A stretch of 64,000 bases of DNA from Octopus sinensis (lineage: Eukaryota), in contig NC_043010.1 of the NCBI RefSeq assembly GCF_006345805.1, positions 25,420,001-25,484,000 of the forward strand, in the 5' to 3' direction. The position numbers were made by a program, and so were the translations under genes. Below, piece after piece: positions 26,498-38,404 of this stretch. Below the pieces are notes generated by a model, which worked only from the letters and a program-made list of their open reading frames with translations, was not told the DNA's origin and made no database searches. Position 1 is the first letter of the stretch; every line of letters begins with the position of its first letter.

Positions 26498-27377
26498 ACG
26501 TTTCATTTGTCTGGTTGATCTAGCTGACCTATGATAAAAAGCCATTCTTGCTGTGACCATCCTGTGTTTTTTTTCTAGGCTCCAGTTTTTGCCCTGGTCG
26601 ATCATCGATCACATCTACTAAAAAAAAAACATTCCATCATTGACCATTCCGCACTTATTTTTATATGCCTCTTCTGTGTAAGAAATCAGTTTTGAAAATA
26701 CAGCAGTGAGTGATTGGACTGCTATTTCTGGGACTTCAAATATCCACATCGATAGCCTCTCTTTGCCTCGTGTTGCCCTGTGTGTGAAATATGGGTATGA
26801 AGAGTTTAGAGAGTTAAATTTAGTTACCAAATTCTGCTGTTTATTGCTGCCTTAGCTTCCAAGTGTTGGAATGAAGACTTGTAATTAACTAAATTACATA
26901 GATTGCTTTATAATATAGTTATTACAGGTATCTCAAATTCATACCAGTGCTCTCTCTCTCTCTCTCTCTCTCTCTTTGTCTATCTCTTTCTCTCTCTGTC
27001 TGTCTATCTCTCTCTCTTTGTCTATCTCTTTTTCTCTCTGTCTATCTCTCTCTCTCTCTCTCTCTCTCTTGTCTATCTCTTTCTCCCCCCTCTCTCTCTG
27101 TGTTTTCGCACTTACATTTCTGTAGTTGTTTTAAAAAAATAATCACACCTGTGCTTCGCTAATCGAAGTGTTGTTTAGCTTCTGGTCAGACCTGATCGAA
27201 TAAAGTTATGATCAAAAGCGTTTCAACTTGACCATACCGTCTTTATGTAGTTATATTTTGGCAGTGTTTCTGATTTGAGAGATTTGGTTCTAATTTCTAG
27301 CATGTTGGGGAGGCCCTTCGTCGTTTCGTTTTTAAAACTGGTTGCTTGGTTAAGACAGTTTTCTTTTTGTCTGTCAG

Positions 27378-27520
27378 AATGTTTTAAGTTCCCGACAAAA
27401 AGAAAATTACATTATGGGAAAGAATTACTGTTAGAAGAAGGAGGGTCTGGCAAGAAACTAACCATTGATAGAAGAGAAAACCCAGTCTTCGTTGATGCGA
27501 CGACACTGCTAAATATTGAG
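27378..27520 (+). CDS. Candidate coding exon of an unidentified gene
   Basis: Acceptor ttttctttttgtctgtcag| and donor GAG|gtatgc. Open frame CFKFPTKRKLHYGK...TLLNIE, phase-compatible with 27749-27835. No homology recognised. Confidence 0.3.
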
Positions 27521-27748
27521 GTATGCGCGTGCATTCTCACGTTTGACATCTCGCTCATTTTGTATTAGTAAATAATGAAGTAATTAGCTAAATATTAAAA
27601 AATAGAATGGTAGAAAACTATTTTTATTCGATTTTACAATACCTGGGTGGAATTGGGAATTAACAAATATTATTGCCAGGATTGTGACACGAGAAAATTC
27701 AATCATCGGTGAAACAACGGTGTTTTAACGAAGCTGATCTTATTTCAG

Positions 27749-27835
27749 TGCAAAGCACCCCAATATTGCAAGGGTGGGAGTATGCATGACCCTCTAAAAT
27801 TTAGTCTGCTACAAAGTTATTTCTTCGACTGTTGA
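27749..27835 (+). CDS. Candidate terminal coding exon of the same unidentified gene
   Basis: Branch-like CTGAT plus ttatttcag|, then CKAPQYCKGGSMHDPLKFSLLQSYFFDC*. Confidence 0.25.
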   Translation, partial: CKAPQYCKGGSMHDPLKFSLLQSYFFDC

Positions 27836-28696
27836 GGAATGAAGGACAAAATACAAAAAAGCCCATTTGTGTCAACTCGGTTAATAGAGAAGAAAGAAAT
27901 TTCTATAAGGCATATCGTTTCTTCTGGGCAATGATCTCTCCTACCATTTCTGCTGCTACTCACACCAATTTAACTCCTATATTTAACACATTTGTGTACA
28001 AGGTCATTTGAATTGACGCTAGTTTCATTATCACATCATTAATTACCCATTGAAGTAGTTGGTTATTATTTCAATGTACCTTCACTGTGTATTTTTTATA
28101 ACACGAGTTTAGTTATTTATTTACATTTGGTGGGGTGGGAAGTAGCAGGTAATTAACTTCTATGTTTTCTCTCATTTATTTTGTTATTTGTTATCTGGTT
28201 TTTCTTGTCTATTCGTTTAATTATAGAATTTTAATCTGTTACACCATTCTTTCTAACAACGTGTGTACACTAATTAATTACTCTCACTTTTCATGGTGTC
28301 TCTCTAGCATTGTATTCTAGGCGCGCTCTCTCTCACTCTCGCCCTTTTTCTCTCCATCATTTTCTTTCACATTTGCTCTCTTTCTCTTCTTCCACTGCTC
28401 TCGCTCCCCCATTCACTTCGCCCAACTTTCACTTTTCTCTCTTGTTTCTTCTCTCTGTCTTTCTACTGTTTACTTCTTTTTCCTCTATTCTGTATTTTTT
28501 CTCTCTTAAATGTACAACTGTGCATACATAGGTCTATACACATGATTAACTGACATATATAAACAAATAGAATTTTTTTTTATATAAGCAGTTCAAACTG
28601 GGATAAAAAAGATGTGCCGTGTAGAACATTTATTCCACCTTTTGAAGTCTTTGGACATTACTATTTACAACGCAGATCGTCACTAGTTTACTTTGA

Positions 28697-28818
<122 letters not shown>

Positions 28819-29759
28819 GTCATGTGTGTGTTAATTTGGTCAATAATATATATATATATATATATATAATATATATATATATATTATGTGTGTGTGTGTG
28901 CAGTTACCCGTCTGGTCGTGTACACCAAGGTATTGGCGTATCTGTTCATATATCGCAAATACAAATTCAATGCAGGTATGCTGTAACATTTCTGGGATTA
29001 TAATTTTAAAAAAACCCATATTATTCTATTTAATCCTAATCCACTTAGGCAAGAATAGATAGATACCAAATCTCTGAATGTTCACTTCGATAGTCTGGCA
29101 TCCTATCCAGGATATGATTATTCCTTTGCTCTGCTTCCAGCGACGAAACTTGAACTTGAAACTTAAATTCCAGCTCATTTACGCATTTAACGTTATTTAC
29201 ACACACAAGCATATGCACAGTTCTGTGTGTGTGTGTGATGTCTAGTTTTTACAGAACAGTCTTGTTTATCTTAATTTCATATCGATTGAATTTAATCAAA
29301 TGAATTTTAACGCATCATCTTTGCAATTAGAAAAAAAGAGGGAAATTATACACGCACATATACATGTACAAATATACATACACCAACATTGTGTGTGTAT
29401 GTACATGTGTCTATATATGTGTATGTTTACGTGTGCTTATATGCATATACACGTTTGTATGTGTATATATGCATCTATGTATGCGTGTGTGTATGTGTTA
29501 AGTGTCAGTTTACATGTCAGTCAATATCGATTTTTTTTAAAGATCTCAATGATTAATACATAATACTTTTTATTTTTATTATTTATTTATTTATTTATTA
29601 TTTTTCTTTTTGCTGCTTGTTCGTCGTATGGTGCGCGAACCAAGGTAGAAACCAATGAATGAGAGCATGCACGCATTTTTGTGTGTATGTATTGATATGT
29701 CGTCTGGTTTATTGATTATTTCCGGGATGCATGGTGTTGAGTGTTTGTCTTTTAATTAC

Positions 29760-29958
29760 CTCTCAACAAATCTATATTGCACGACGGAAGGATAGGTGCA
29801 TTTGTTATCTTATTCGTGTTTAATTGTTCCCCAGAAACTGTGACGATGTTGTTGACCAAAGTGGAAGGCGTTGACTCCTCTTTAATTAAAATACAGTCAC
29901 CGTTCCATACAACCTCGTTGTTTGTCATTATATCGTAATCGTTAATTTTCGTCACCAT
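29760..29958 (-). CDS. Candidate first coding exon of a divergent transcript
   Basis: gcgATGG Kozak context, 66 open codons of non-repetitive sequence, donor AG|gtaatt. No convincing continuation or homology. Confidence 0.25.
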
Positions 29959-29999
29959 CGCAATTATTATCCAAGAAATCTTTACAAAAAATATCTGTA

Positions 30000-30826
30000 T
30001 GGTTAGTCTCGCTAGTATATCGTTATTTATATATTTTTATTATACTGTGACATGGTATTTTGACGTAGTCAAATTTTAAAATGGACCAGAAGATCTATAA
30101 AATAATCTGTGTGGATTATCATGGTTATTTATAGTCATATTAAATATAACAGTTATCTTTAATTTTTTTATTCCAAAGGTAACTGTGACTGCCGTTTTTA
30201 CGCAGTCAAATTTAAAATGGATCAACAAGGTCTATAACTGTCTCACACGCGCGCACGTACACGCACACACACACACACACGGACGGGCGGACAGAAAAAG
30301 AGAGAGAGAGACCTGATTTTTGTTAAATATACTGAAGAAGATTAATATTAAATTCTACGAGCACATCCTGCCCTTATGGTTCTCATATTGTTCGCTGTTT
30401 TACATATGAAAAGTAGATGATCGGAAACAAATTCTGTACTTGGAGCAGTTTGTTTCTTGAATTCCAGTCATAGGTTTTAAACTTTGTCTGTGGAAATGAA
30501 AAATGAGTAATAATGTATTGAATATCTACCAATCTATATATTTCAAGAACACAACTAATAGAAAATGCTGAACCAGAGTTTCTAGACAGACTCAGTCTCA
30601 TTTATTGAGTAATGAATCAAGTGAACAAAACAGTTTTGTATGTTCACCCTCTCCACCACCATTTCTTGTCAAAGTAGTCAGGTGCAAATTGCAGTTTTGC
30701 TGTTGACAGTTTAGAAAGAACTGGTACAAGGAGATATTCAGACTTTGTTCCATTTGAAAACGACCCACCAGATTCCTACCTCATATATAGAGTGGTTAAT
30801 TCATATTTCTGAAACAACCTGATCAG
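30000..30826 (+). promoter_or_regulatory. Candidate R3HCC1 promoter / 5' non-coding exon region; strong donor CAG|gtgagt at 30826/30827
   Basis: At the right edge of a CpG-retaining domain that ends near 30420. Contains a duplicated motif at 30044-30237 and a consensus donor. The TSS is not determinable from sequence. Confidence 0.35.
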
Positions 30827-33702
30827 GTGAGTTTAATTATGTTACTCACATGCCAAGTTTGAGAAGCATTCTCTCTGGTCAATAGCTCCAGTCTGTGTCA
30901 ATAGCTTTTGTCTAATTTAACAAAAACTTCACAAAGGTACTTGCTGTGTTTGCTGGTTTATTTTTTAAAATCATTTTAATTAAAAAAAAAAAAGCAGGCA
31001 TAGTCTGATGATCATATTCACAATGCCATGAACTAACCTAAAGCTTGTTGAGTCGATAGATTCCATGAAGTGAATATTGATTTGTTCCCAAATATCAGTC
31101 TAGTTCTTATCAAAAATAGTAGAGAAAAGAGGAATACTCCAGACTCCAGACATGTCCTCCTACTGAGGTGCCCTTGAACTCTTGTGGCACAAAGCTAATA
31201 ACTGTATTGATTTTTTTTTCTATACATGGCTTCATCAGAATAGGAAGGTAAGCACTGTCCTGTGATCTTTTTCACAGCACCTTCAAGGCTGGTGGAGGAA
31301 AAAAGAAAAAAACATAACGCCAAGTCTTGAGAAGGAAATTGGGTTAAATGGTAAATATTGCAGAAACCCTTCTGATGGACTCTACCTGTTCCTGGGTAGC
31401 AGACAATCCATTGCCTGGTTTAACATCACAATCTGGCCTTTAGGTGCTGAGTCAATTCTACTGCAAGCGGTAAGATCAGGTTTCAAGTTCAAGGATAGAT
31501 ATATTAATGTTTGTATTCTCACTGACCTGAGTACACCCCACTGGTGAATTGTGTTTGTTATTATCATTTATCAGCTAAAGGAAGGTGGTGTTCTCTGATG
31601 ATGAAAAACAACAATCAGATATTCACGTTCAAATCTGCCCAAATGTATTAACAATAAATGGTTATGTTATTGTTTGAACTCTTACTGTTCTGCATGTACC
31701 TCATGAATTATTAACAATATTCAGTCATACAAGCTTCAAAAGGCAATTATTTGGGAAAAATTTAAATCTTAGTTTTGTAATTGGGTCTTGACTTAAGTCA
31801 GAAATGGTTTTTCTTCTGATTATCTGCCTCTGTCTCTTATCTCCCATTTTTAGTCTATGTTTTAGTTCAGGGGTGTCAAACTCATTTGATTTTGTGGGCT
31901 GGGTTGTTGCATAAACTAGATCTCTCAGGCCTGATAGGGATAATTGTTCATAAAATGACTTTAGTCACATTGTATGACAAAGTAAATAGATAAAGGCATC
32001 AATATACATCATGACAAGTTTATTTATAATAAAGAAAAGAAAGAATATGAGGTGTTAGTAGCAAAGTTTGTGTGCAGAGACATATGGGAATTGTTCATCC
32101 ACATTGTATATTTTACAGTCCTTTAGTTAAGAGACCTTTGAATGAGTATGGAGACAGAAATTGTCCCAATGGATGCAATCAAGTTCTTGACAAGATTGAT
32201 GCTTGATAAAAAAACTTGCAATGTTTTAGCTACAAAACAATTCAATATTGTTTATATTACTAGAATCCATTAAGATGAACACATGTAAAACTGAAGAAGG
32301 AAAAAAGAAACAATAAAAAATTTGGCTTTGTGAGGATACATAAAATGAAGAGAAATTGGTAGATTTTTAATAAATGAATTCATAAGCTTCTTTTCTATTT
32401 GTTGAAATAAAAGGTTTCCTAAAGTGCCCTCATTTGACCTAGTGAAATTGGTGTTAATCAAAATTCTAGCTAGGTTCTAACTCTGAACACATGCTAGCAA
32501 TATCATTTGTATTGTCATCATCATCATCATTTTCATTGTTGTCATTTAATGGGCATCTCCATGCTGGCTTGGGTTGAACAGTTTGATCAAACCCAACAAG
32601 CTGGAAGACTGCATCATTATCTAATGTCTGGTTTGGCATGATTTCTACGACCAAATACCCATTCTAAAGTCAGTCTCTTTACACAGTGTACGAGGTGCTT
32701 TTTCTTCCTGTGACACTGGCACCAGTGAGGTTGTCAAGTAACTTTGCAAGACAAAGAAAAAGATTCCTTGACTGAGTTGAGTTGTAGAGAAGGTGGTTGC
32801 TTATGTCAGTGTATATTTTACTGAAAATATTTTATAATTAAAAAAGGATAATCATTTTTTTGTTTCTCTAAAATTGAGTTAGACACCAGATGTTTGACAC
32901 TACTGCTTTAATTCACATGCACTTTTATCAAAACCTTGTTCTAAATCAACACATATGCATACATGTGCACACAGGCATGCATGCAAGCATGTGCACACAC
33001 ACACACACAAATTGGGTTGACTGGCAGAGTTACTCATGTCAAATAGAATGTGTTGCAATATTTGTCCTAGTTCTTTGTTCTCAAGGTTTAAAAAGATCTT
33101 CATCAAGGTCAGCTTTGTGTTTCATTCTTTTGAGGTGGGTCCAGTGCTGTTCTGGTCCTCTCTTCCTTCCACAGTCACATCCTGTATGCTGTACTGGATT
33201 AAGGGTGGGAAATCCAAGACAGTGCGTATCTGCTCACAACTACATGGGTACATCAAACCATTATCAAAAGCATGGGACCTGCTGATACCAAATTATCCTT
33301 GACTTTCAATGGCAGCCATAGTTTAGATATACATATAAACAGGTGCATACATGTTTCATTGTACACACTGTAACTCATCTAAAATCCAGGGATTTCTTAG
33401 TGAGAATCCTCTGTAATAAATTAAAATTAATCGAATTACTTGGAGCTGTGAAAATATTGGGAATAGAATGAAAGATACTTGAATATATAAAGGAAATCAG
33501 ATTTGTAAGTCCTATATGTTGTTGAAATCTACTCAGTGTGTGTGATAGGTGTAGGCATAGGCGTGTGGTTAAGAAGCTTGCTTCCCAACCATGTGGTTTC
33601 AGGTTCAGTCCCACTGTGTATATCTTGGACAAGTATTGTCAACTATAACCACAGGCTGATTGAAGCCTTGTAAGTTGTTTTGATAGACAGAAACCGAAAG
33701 AA

Positions 33703-33812
33703 GCTCTCGGCCATATCACGTTGAAAGCACCAATTCTCATCCAATCACCAAAGTTAAGCAATGTCAAGCCTAGTGAGTACTTAGATGGGTGACCTCTTGA
33801 GAAACCTAAGCA
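33703..33812 (+). pseudogene. 5S rRNA retro-pseudogene (CpG-decayed, 3'-trimmed, followed by an A-rich tail 33813-33838)
   Basis: GGCCATATCACGTTGAAAGCACCAATTCTCATCCAATCACCAAAGTTAAGCAATGTCAAGCCTAGTGAGTACTTAGATGGGTGACC matches the metazoan 5S consensus. Most differences are CG>CA/TG changes. Confidence 0.9.
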
Positions 33813-33837
33813 TAAAAGAAAATAAAAAATAAAAAAA

Positions 33838-34047
33838 GGCAGTGAGCTGACAGAAACATAGTGGTATTTCGTCTGCTGTTACGTTCTGAGTTCAAATTCC
33901 GCCAAGGTCAACTTTGCCTTTCATCCTTTTGAGGTCAATTAAATAAGTACCAGTTACACACTGGGGTCAATATAATCGACTTAATTCGTTTGTCTGTCCT
34001 TGTTTGTCCTCTCTGTGTTTAGCTCCTTGTGGGCAATAAAGAAATAA
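33838..34047 (+). mobile_element. SINE family A, 3' partner of the 5S pseudogene
   Basis: Family-A core gtcaactttgcctttcatcc and tail gtgggcaataaagaaata. Confidence 0.9.
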
Positions 34048-34436
34048 GAAACTGAAAGAAGCCTGTCATATGTATGTACATACGTATGTACATACATGTG
34101 AGTGTGTGAACTCTTGTCATGACATCATGTGATGGTTGTAAATGAGCATTAGCTTCACAGAAGCAGTGTCATTTATTTCCAGTCTTCCATGAAGACATAT
34201 CGGGCCATGGGGAAATGTTAGCTTGCTTAGAATCTGTTGAGGTTTAATGGCAGGAAGGTCTTAACAAATTCTGTCTGACCTATACAAGCATGGAAAAGTA
34301 GATAACTATTTCTTTATTGCCCATAGGGGGCTAAACATAGAGGGGACAGACAAGGGGATTAAGTCGATTATATTGACCCCCAGAATGTAACGGCAGATGA
34401 AATAATGGAAAAGTAGATATTAAAATGATGATGATG

Positions 34437-34474
<38 letters not shown>

Positions 34475-34505
34475 ATTTATCTGTCTTTCTGTTTGTCTCT
34501 TGCAG

Positions 34506-34618
34506 TACAGCCTGGCTATTTACGTAGACAACCGTTATCTTTCTGAGTCTGATAGTAAGTTTGTATCCCTTGTGATTGAGGAGCTTACCAACTATGCCAC
34601 AAATGCAGTGAAAGAGAG
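34506..34618 (+). CDS. R3HCC1: R3HCC1/R3HCC1L-family gene, first coding exon (N-terminal part of R3H region); probable CUG start at 34512
   Basis: Acceptor tctcttgcag|TAC and donor AG|gtaaga. Translates (YS)LAIYVDNRYLSESDSKFVSLVIEELTNY, resembling the human R3HCC1 N-terminus as I recall it ([29 protein letters not shown]). Phase-2 exit matches the next exon. Confidence 0.85.
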
Positions 34619-35685
34619 GTAAGACAAAGCTACAATTGTCTATATTTGTTGTTGTTCTTCTTGGACCACTTGTCAACTCTGATTCAGCAGACTAGATATC
34701 AGAACTGTTCCTTCTATAACCGTCCTGTCATATTCTTTGCCAGTCAGTATATTGAGATCTACATGAATCAATATGCCCTTCCTATTTTAAGATTGCTAGG
34801 TGTCTGATTTTAGGGAGATATAGTTTCTATTTGTAGCAGAACTGAACTATGCAGTGTCTTTCTCACCTTCCAAGTGGAAGTAAGGTGGTGAGCAAAATGT
34901 TCTGTGGTATTTCTTCCAGCTCTTTGTGTTCTCACATGTAATTCCACTGAGATCAACTTTGCCTTTCACCCTTTCAAGGTCGATAAAATATCATACCAAT
35001 TGGGGTTAATGTAATCGACTTATCCCCTCCTGTAAAATTTCTGGTCTTGTGCCAAAACTCAAAACTTTCCAGAGGCGGGGTATATATGTAGGGCTGTAGG
35101 TCTTTGGGTCATACCTAATCATTTGACAGACTGCCTACATACCATAGTCTGCTTGATCAGAGCTGATTTGGGGTTACACACTTTGGGGTATCTTTTAAAA
35201 TATTAGTGGACTTGATTAGATTGTTAAATAGCTTGATTATGGATAGGAAGCTGTAACCATGGACACAAACCACTGACCTGTAAGTCTCGAGGATAGCTCA
35301 ACAGAAGGGCTATGCTACATATCACCCTGTACAACTAGATTCCAGACTAGCTGATATTGTCAAAGTCATTACAACTATACCTGAAGTGCCAATGTGCCTT
35401 TTCCTCCTCTTTATGGCTCTTTTACTGTTCAATTTTCTGTTTTTATTCTTTATCATGTATACTATGCATGTACATCTAGCTTTCATTGCTGTCTTTCTTC
35501 ACATCACTTATTGTCGTTGTCTTTCTTCTCTTTTACTCTTTTCCAATAAATTGTAGTGTACCTGAGTACCATATACAACAAGCTCTTTATTATTATTATT
35601 ATTATTATTATTATTGTTATTACTATTGTTATTATTATTGTTATTGTTGTTGTTATTGTTGTTGTTGTTGTTATTATTATAAGTT

Positions 35686-35870
35686 GGTGATCTGGCAGAA
35701 TCATTAGCACACTGGGCAAAAAGCTTAGCGGCATTTCATCTGTTTTTACGCTCTGAGTTCAAATTCTGCTGAAGTTGACTTTTAGGATCAACCAAATAAG
35801 CACCAGTTATGAATTTAATTGACTTATCCCCTTCCTCAAAATTTCAAGCCTTCTGCCTTTAATAGAAAGG

Positions 35871-35917
<47 letters not shown>

Positions 35918-36715
35918 CCCTGGCTTGGTGAAAGTGGAGGTATTGTTTTCAGTTGAGTTTGTTTGTTTGTCCATGGATAAGATATTTCAAGAGCCGCTGG
36001 ATGGATTTGGACGAAACTTTCAGGAAAGTTTGGCCTCGTGATTGGCACGAACTGATTAGGTTTTGGGATTGATCAGGTACCAGACAAGGATTCTGGATTT
36101 TCTTTCAGTTTTTTTACTTAATTTTTGAGAGTGGTCAAGTTCATTTTTAGTATTCTCATTTGTGAGAATAGTCGAGTTATTTCAGATATTCTCATTTTAA
36201 AAATCATCTCTGGCTAATCAGTGAGAGGACATTGGTGTTGTCTTGGAAGTTTACACTCTCTGAATGCTCTTGTTATTATTATTATTATAAATAAGGCAGC
36301 AGACTGGCAGAATCATTAGCATGCCAGGCAATATGCTTAGCAGCATTTCATCCATCTTTATATTCTGAGTTCAAATTCCTCCAAGGTTGACTTTGCCTTT
36401 CATCCTTTTAGGGTTAATAGAATAAGTACCAATGAAACACTGGGGTTAATGTAATCAACTAGTCCTCTCCCCCAAAATTTCAGGCCTTGTGGCTTTAATA
36501 GAAAGGATTATTATGATTAATTAGCAGACTGTTAGCGCATCAGACAAAAAACATAGCTGTATTTTTTCCGACCCGTTATGTTCTGATTTCAAATTCCAAC
36601 AAGATCAGCTTGCTTTGGGTCCTCTAAAATAAGTACCAGTCAAATACTAGAGGCAATGTAATCAACTAGCCCCCCCACCCCAATTTCAGGCCTTGTGCCT
36701 ATAGTAGAAAGGATT
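35686..36715 (+). mobile_element. Cluster of three SINE-A copies with (TAT)n tails, one tail interrupted by a Helentron-type element
   Basis: Heads ctggcagaatcattagca at about 35692 and 36303, and a similar head at about 36525. Confidence 0.75.
35914..36274 (+). mobile_element. Helentron/Helitron2-type non-autonomous element
   Basis: ttatccctggcttgg...gaggtattgttttc...gtttgtttgtttgtcc...ggatggatttggacgaaactt... ending cttggaagtttacactctctgaatgctcttgtt, a typical HINE layout inserted in TT/TAT. Confidence 0.6.
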
Positions 36716-37046
36716 ATTATTATTTTCCTTCTTTCAGTTTTGTTTCTATTTCTTGCTGAGTGTCTTCCCAAAACACCTGGGGCAAAGAAGCTCACTGTAT
36801 ACATTGGTAAGCCATTAAAATAAACATACCAGATTGTTCATTCACAAAATCAAGTTATGTGATAGAAGAGAAAGGGAAAAAAGAAAGGAAAATAGAAAAT
36901 TATTATTATTATGGAGATGTACTTGCATAGCAAGTGACCGGATCTGAGATTGTGCTGAAACAAAAACAATTGCAGCGTAGAAAGTGTTTATAAGCCATTT
37001 AAAAACACATAAAAACCGTTGGATTTACTTCAACATTTAAATTTAA

Positions 37047-37097
37047 TTTGTCAAAATATTTTCATCGCTTTGAAACTGCGACCTGTTCACTGACAAA
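37047..37097 (-). ncRNA. Minimal hammerhead-like motif with variant G3-C8 core (GUGAACA)
   Basis: Minus strand reads tttgtca-GTGAACA-g-gtcgc..gcgat-GAAA-atat-T-T-tgacaaa: 7-bp stem I, 5-bp stem II, palindromic stem III. Confidence 0.55.
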
Positions 37098-37300
37098 ATT
37101 CCATGCTGCATTTCAAAGTGACAAAAATATTTTGACAGGTGCAGGAGTGGTTGTGTGGTAAGTAGCTTGCTTACCAACCACATCGTTCTGGGTTCAGTCC
37201 CACTGCGTGGTACCTTGGGCAAGTGTCTTCTACTATAGCCTTGGGCCGACCAAAGCCTTGTGAGTAGATTTGGTAGACAGAAACTGAAAGAAGCCTGTCG

Positions 37301-37331
<31 letters not shown>

Positions 37332-38404
37332 ATCTGTGTTTGTCTCCCAACCATCGCTTGATAACTGATGCTGGTGTGTTTACGTCCCCGTAACTTAGCA
37401 GTTCGGCAAAAGAGACCAATAGAATAAGTACTAGGCTTACAAAGAATAAGTCCTGGGGTTGATTTGCTTGACTAAAGGCGGTTCTTCAGCATGGTCGCAG
37501 TTAAATGACTGAAACAAGTAAAAGAGTAAAAGATTAAATTTAAATGTTGAAGTGAATCTAACAGTTTTTGTGTGTTTTTAAATGGTTTATAAACATCTTC
37601 CATGCTGCAATTATAATTATTATGTATCATTTTATTTGAAAGCCAGAATGATAAGTTTTGTAAAGGTAGGCATTTACTTAATTGAATCTACCTTAGTATT
37701 TAATTACTAGCATTTACTCTTTTGACTATCGTGATAGGAAGCAACATCAAAAACCATGGCAGGATGTGAGCTTGGAATAGAAAACCTTAAAGCAGACACC
37801 CTAAAGCCTCTCCACTGTCTGAACCTAATTTATTCTTCGCTGTCTACTAATATTCATAGATCAAAGCAAAATATTGATTTCTTTTTGAGATACACAGCCA
37901 ATATTTGTAGGAACAAAAGTATCGTCTACTGAATAGATTCCAGTATATTTATTTACTAATTAATAGTATTTATATTAATCCCTCATTCCCAGAGGAGCAA
38001 TAATGTAAAATGTAAGGGAAAAATAAAAAAGTGCAAAATCAGTCCCTGAGGAATATGAACTTATATGAGAATATATGGAACTGGATATTGTAATATTATA
38101 TGTTGTTCAGTCTAATAGTCTGCCATCTTTATGTCTCTACTACTCCACTGTCTTTGGAGTCTAGCATGATATTGATTTGATTTCTCACATTGGCTCAAAG
38201 CCACAAATGTTGTCAGATTAACCAAGGTGCCACACTATATGATGGAACCCTAAACCCCATAGTCACTGAATGAAATTCTTTGCCATTCAGCCGTACTTGT
38301 GCATCAAATGTAAGGGGAAGATAAAAAGAGCAAAATCAGTCCCTGACGAATATGAACTTATATGAAAATATATGGAACTGGATATTGTAATGTATGATGT
38401 TTAG

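Noticed and set aside
31860-32260. CAGGGGTGTCAAACTC hAT-like terminus and a possible transposase remnant
   Set aside because: No matching second TIR or recognisable reading frame was found.
34425-34505. MMMMM start of the ORF-track entry in frame with R3HCC1 exon 1
   Set aside because: The ATGs are the (ATG)n tail of an RTE/SINE remnant followed by (TG)n, upstream of a consensus acceptor, so they are intronic.
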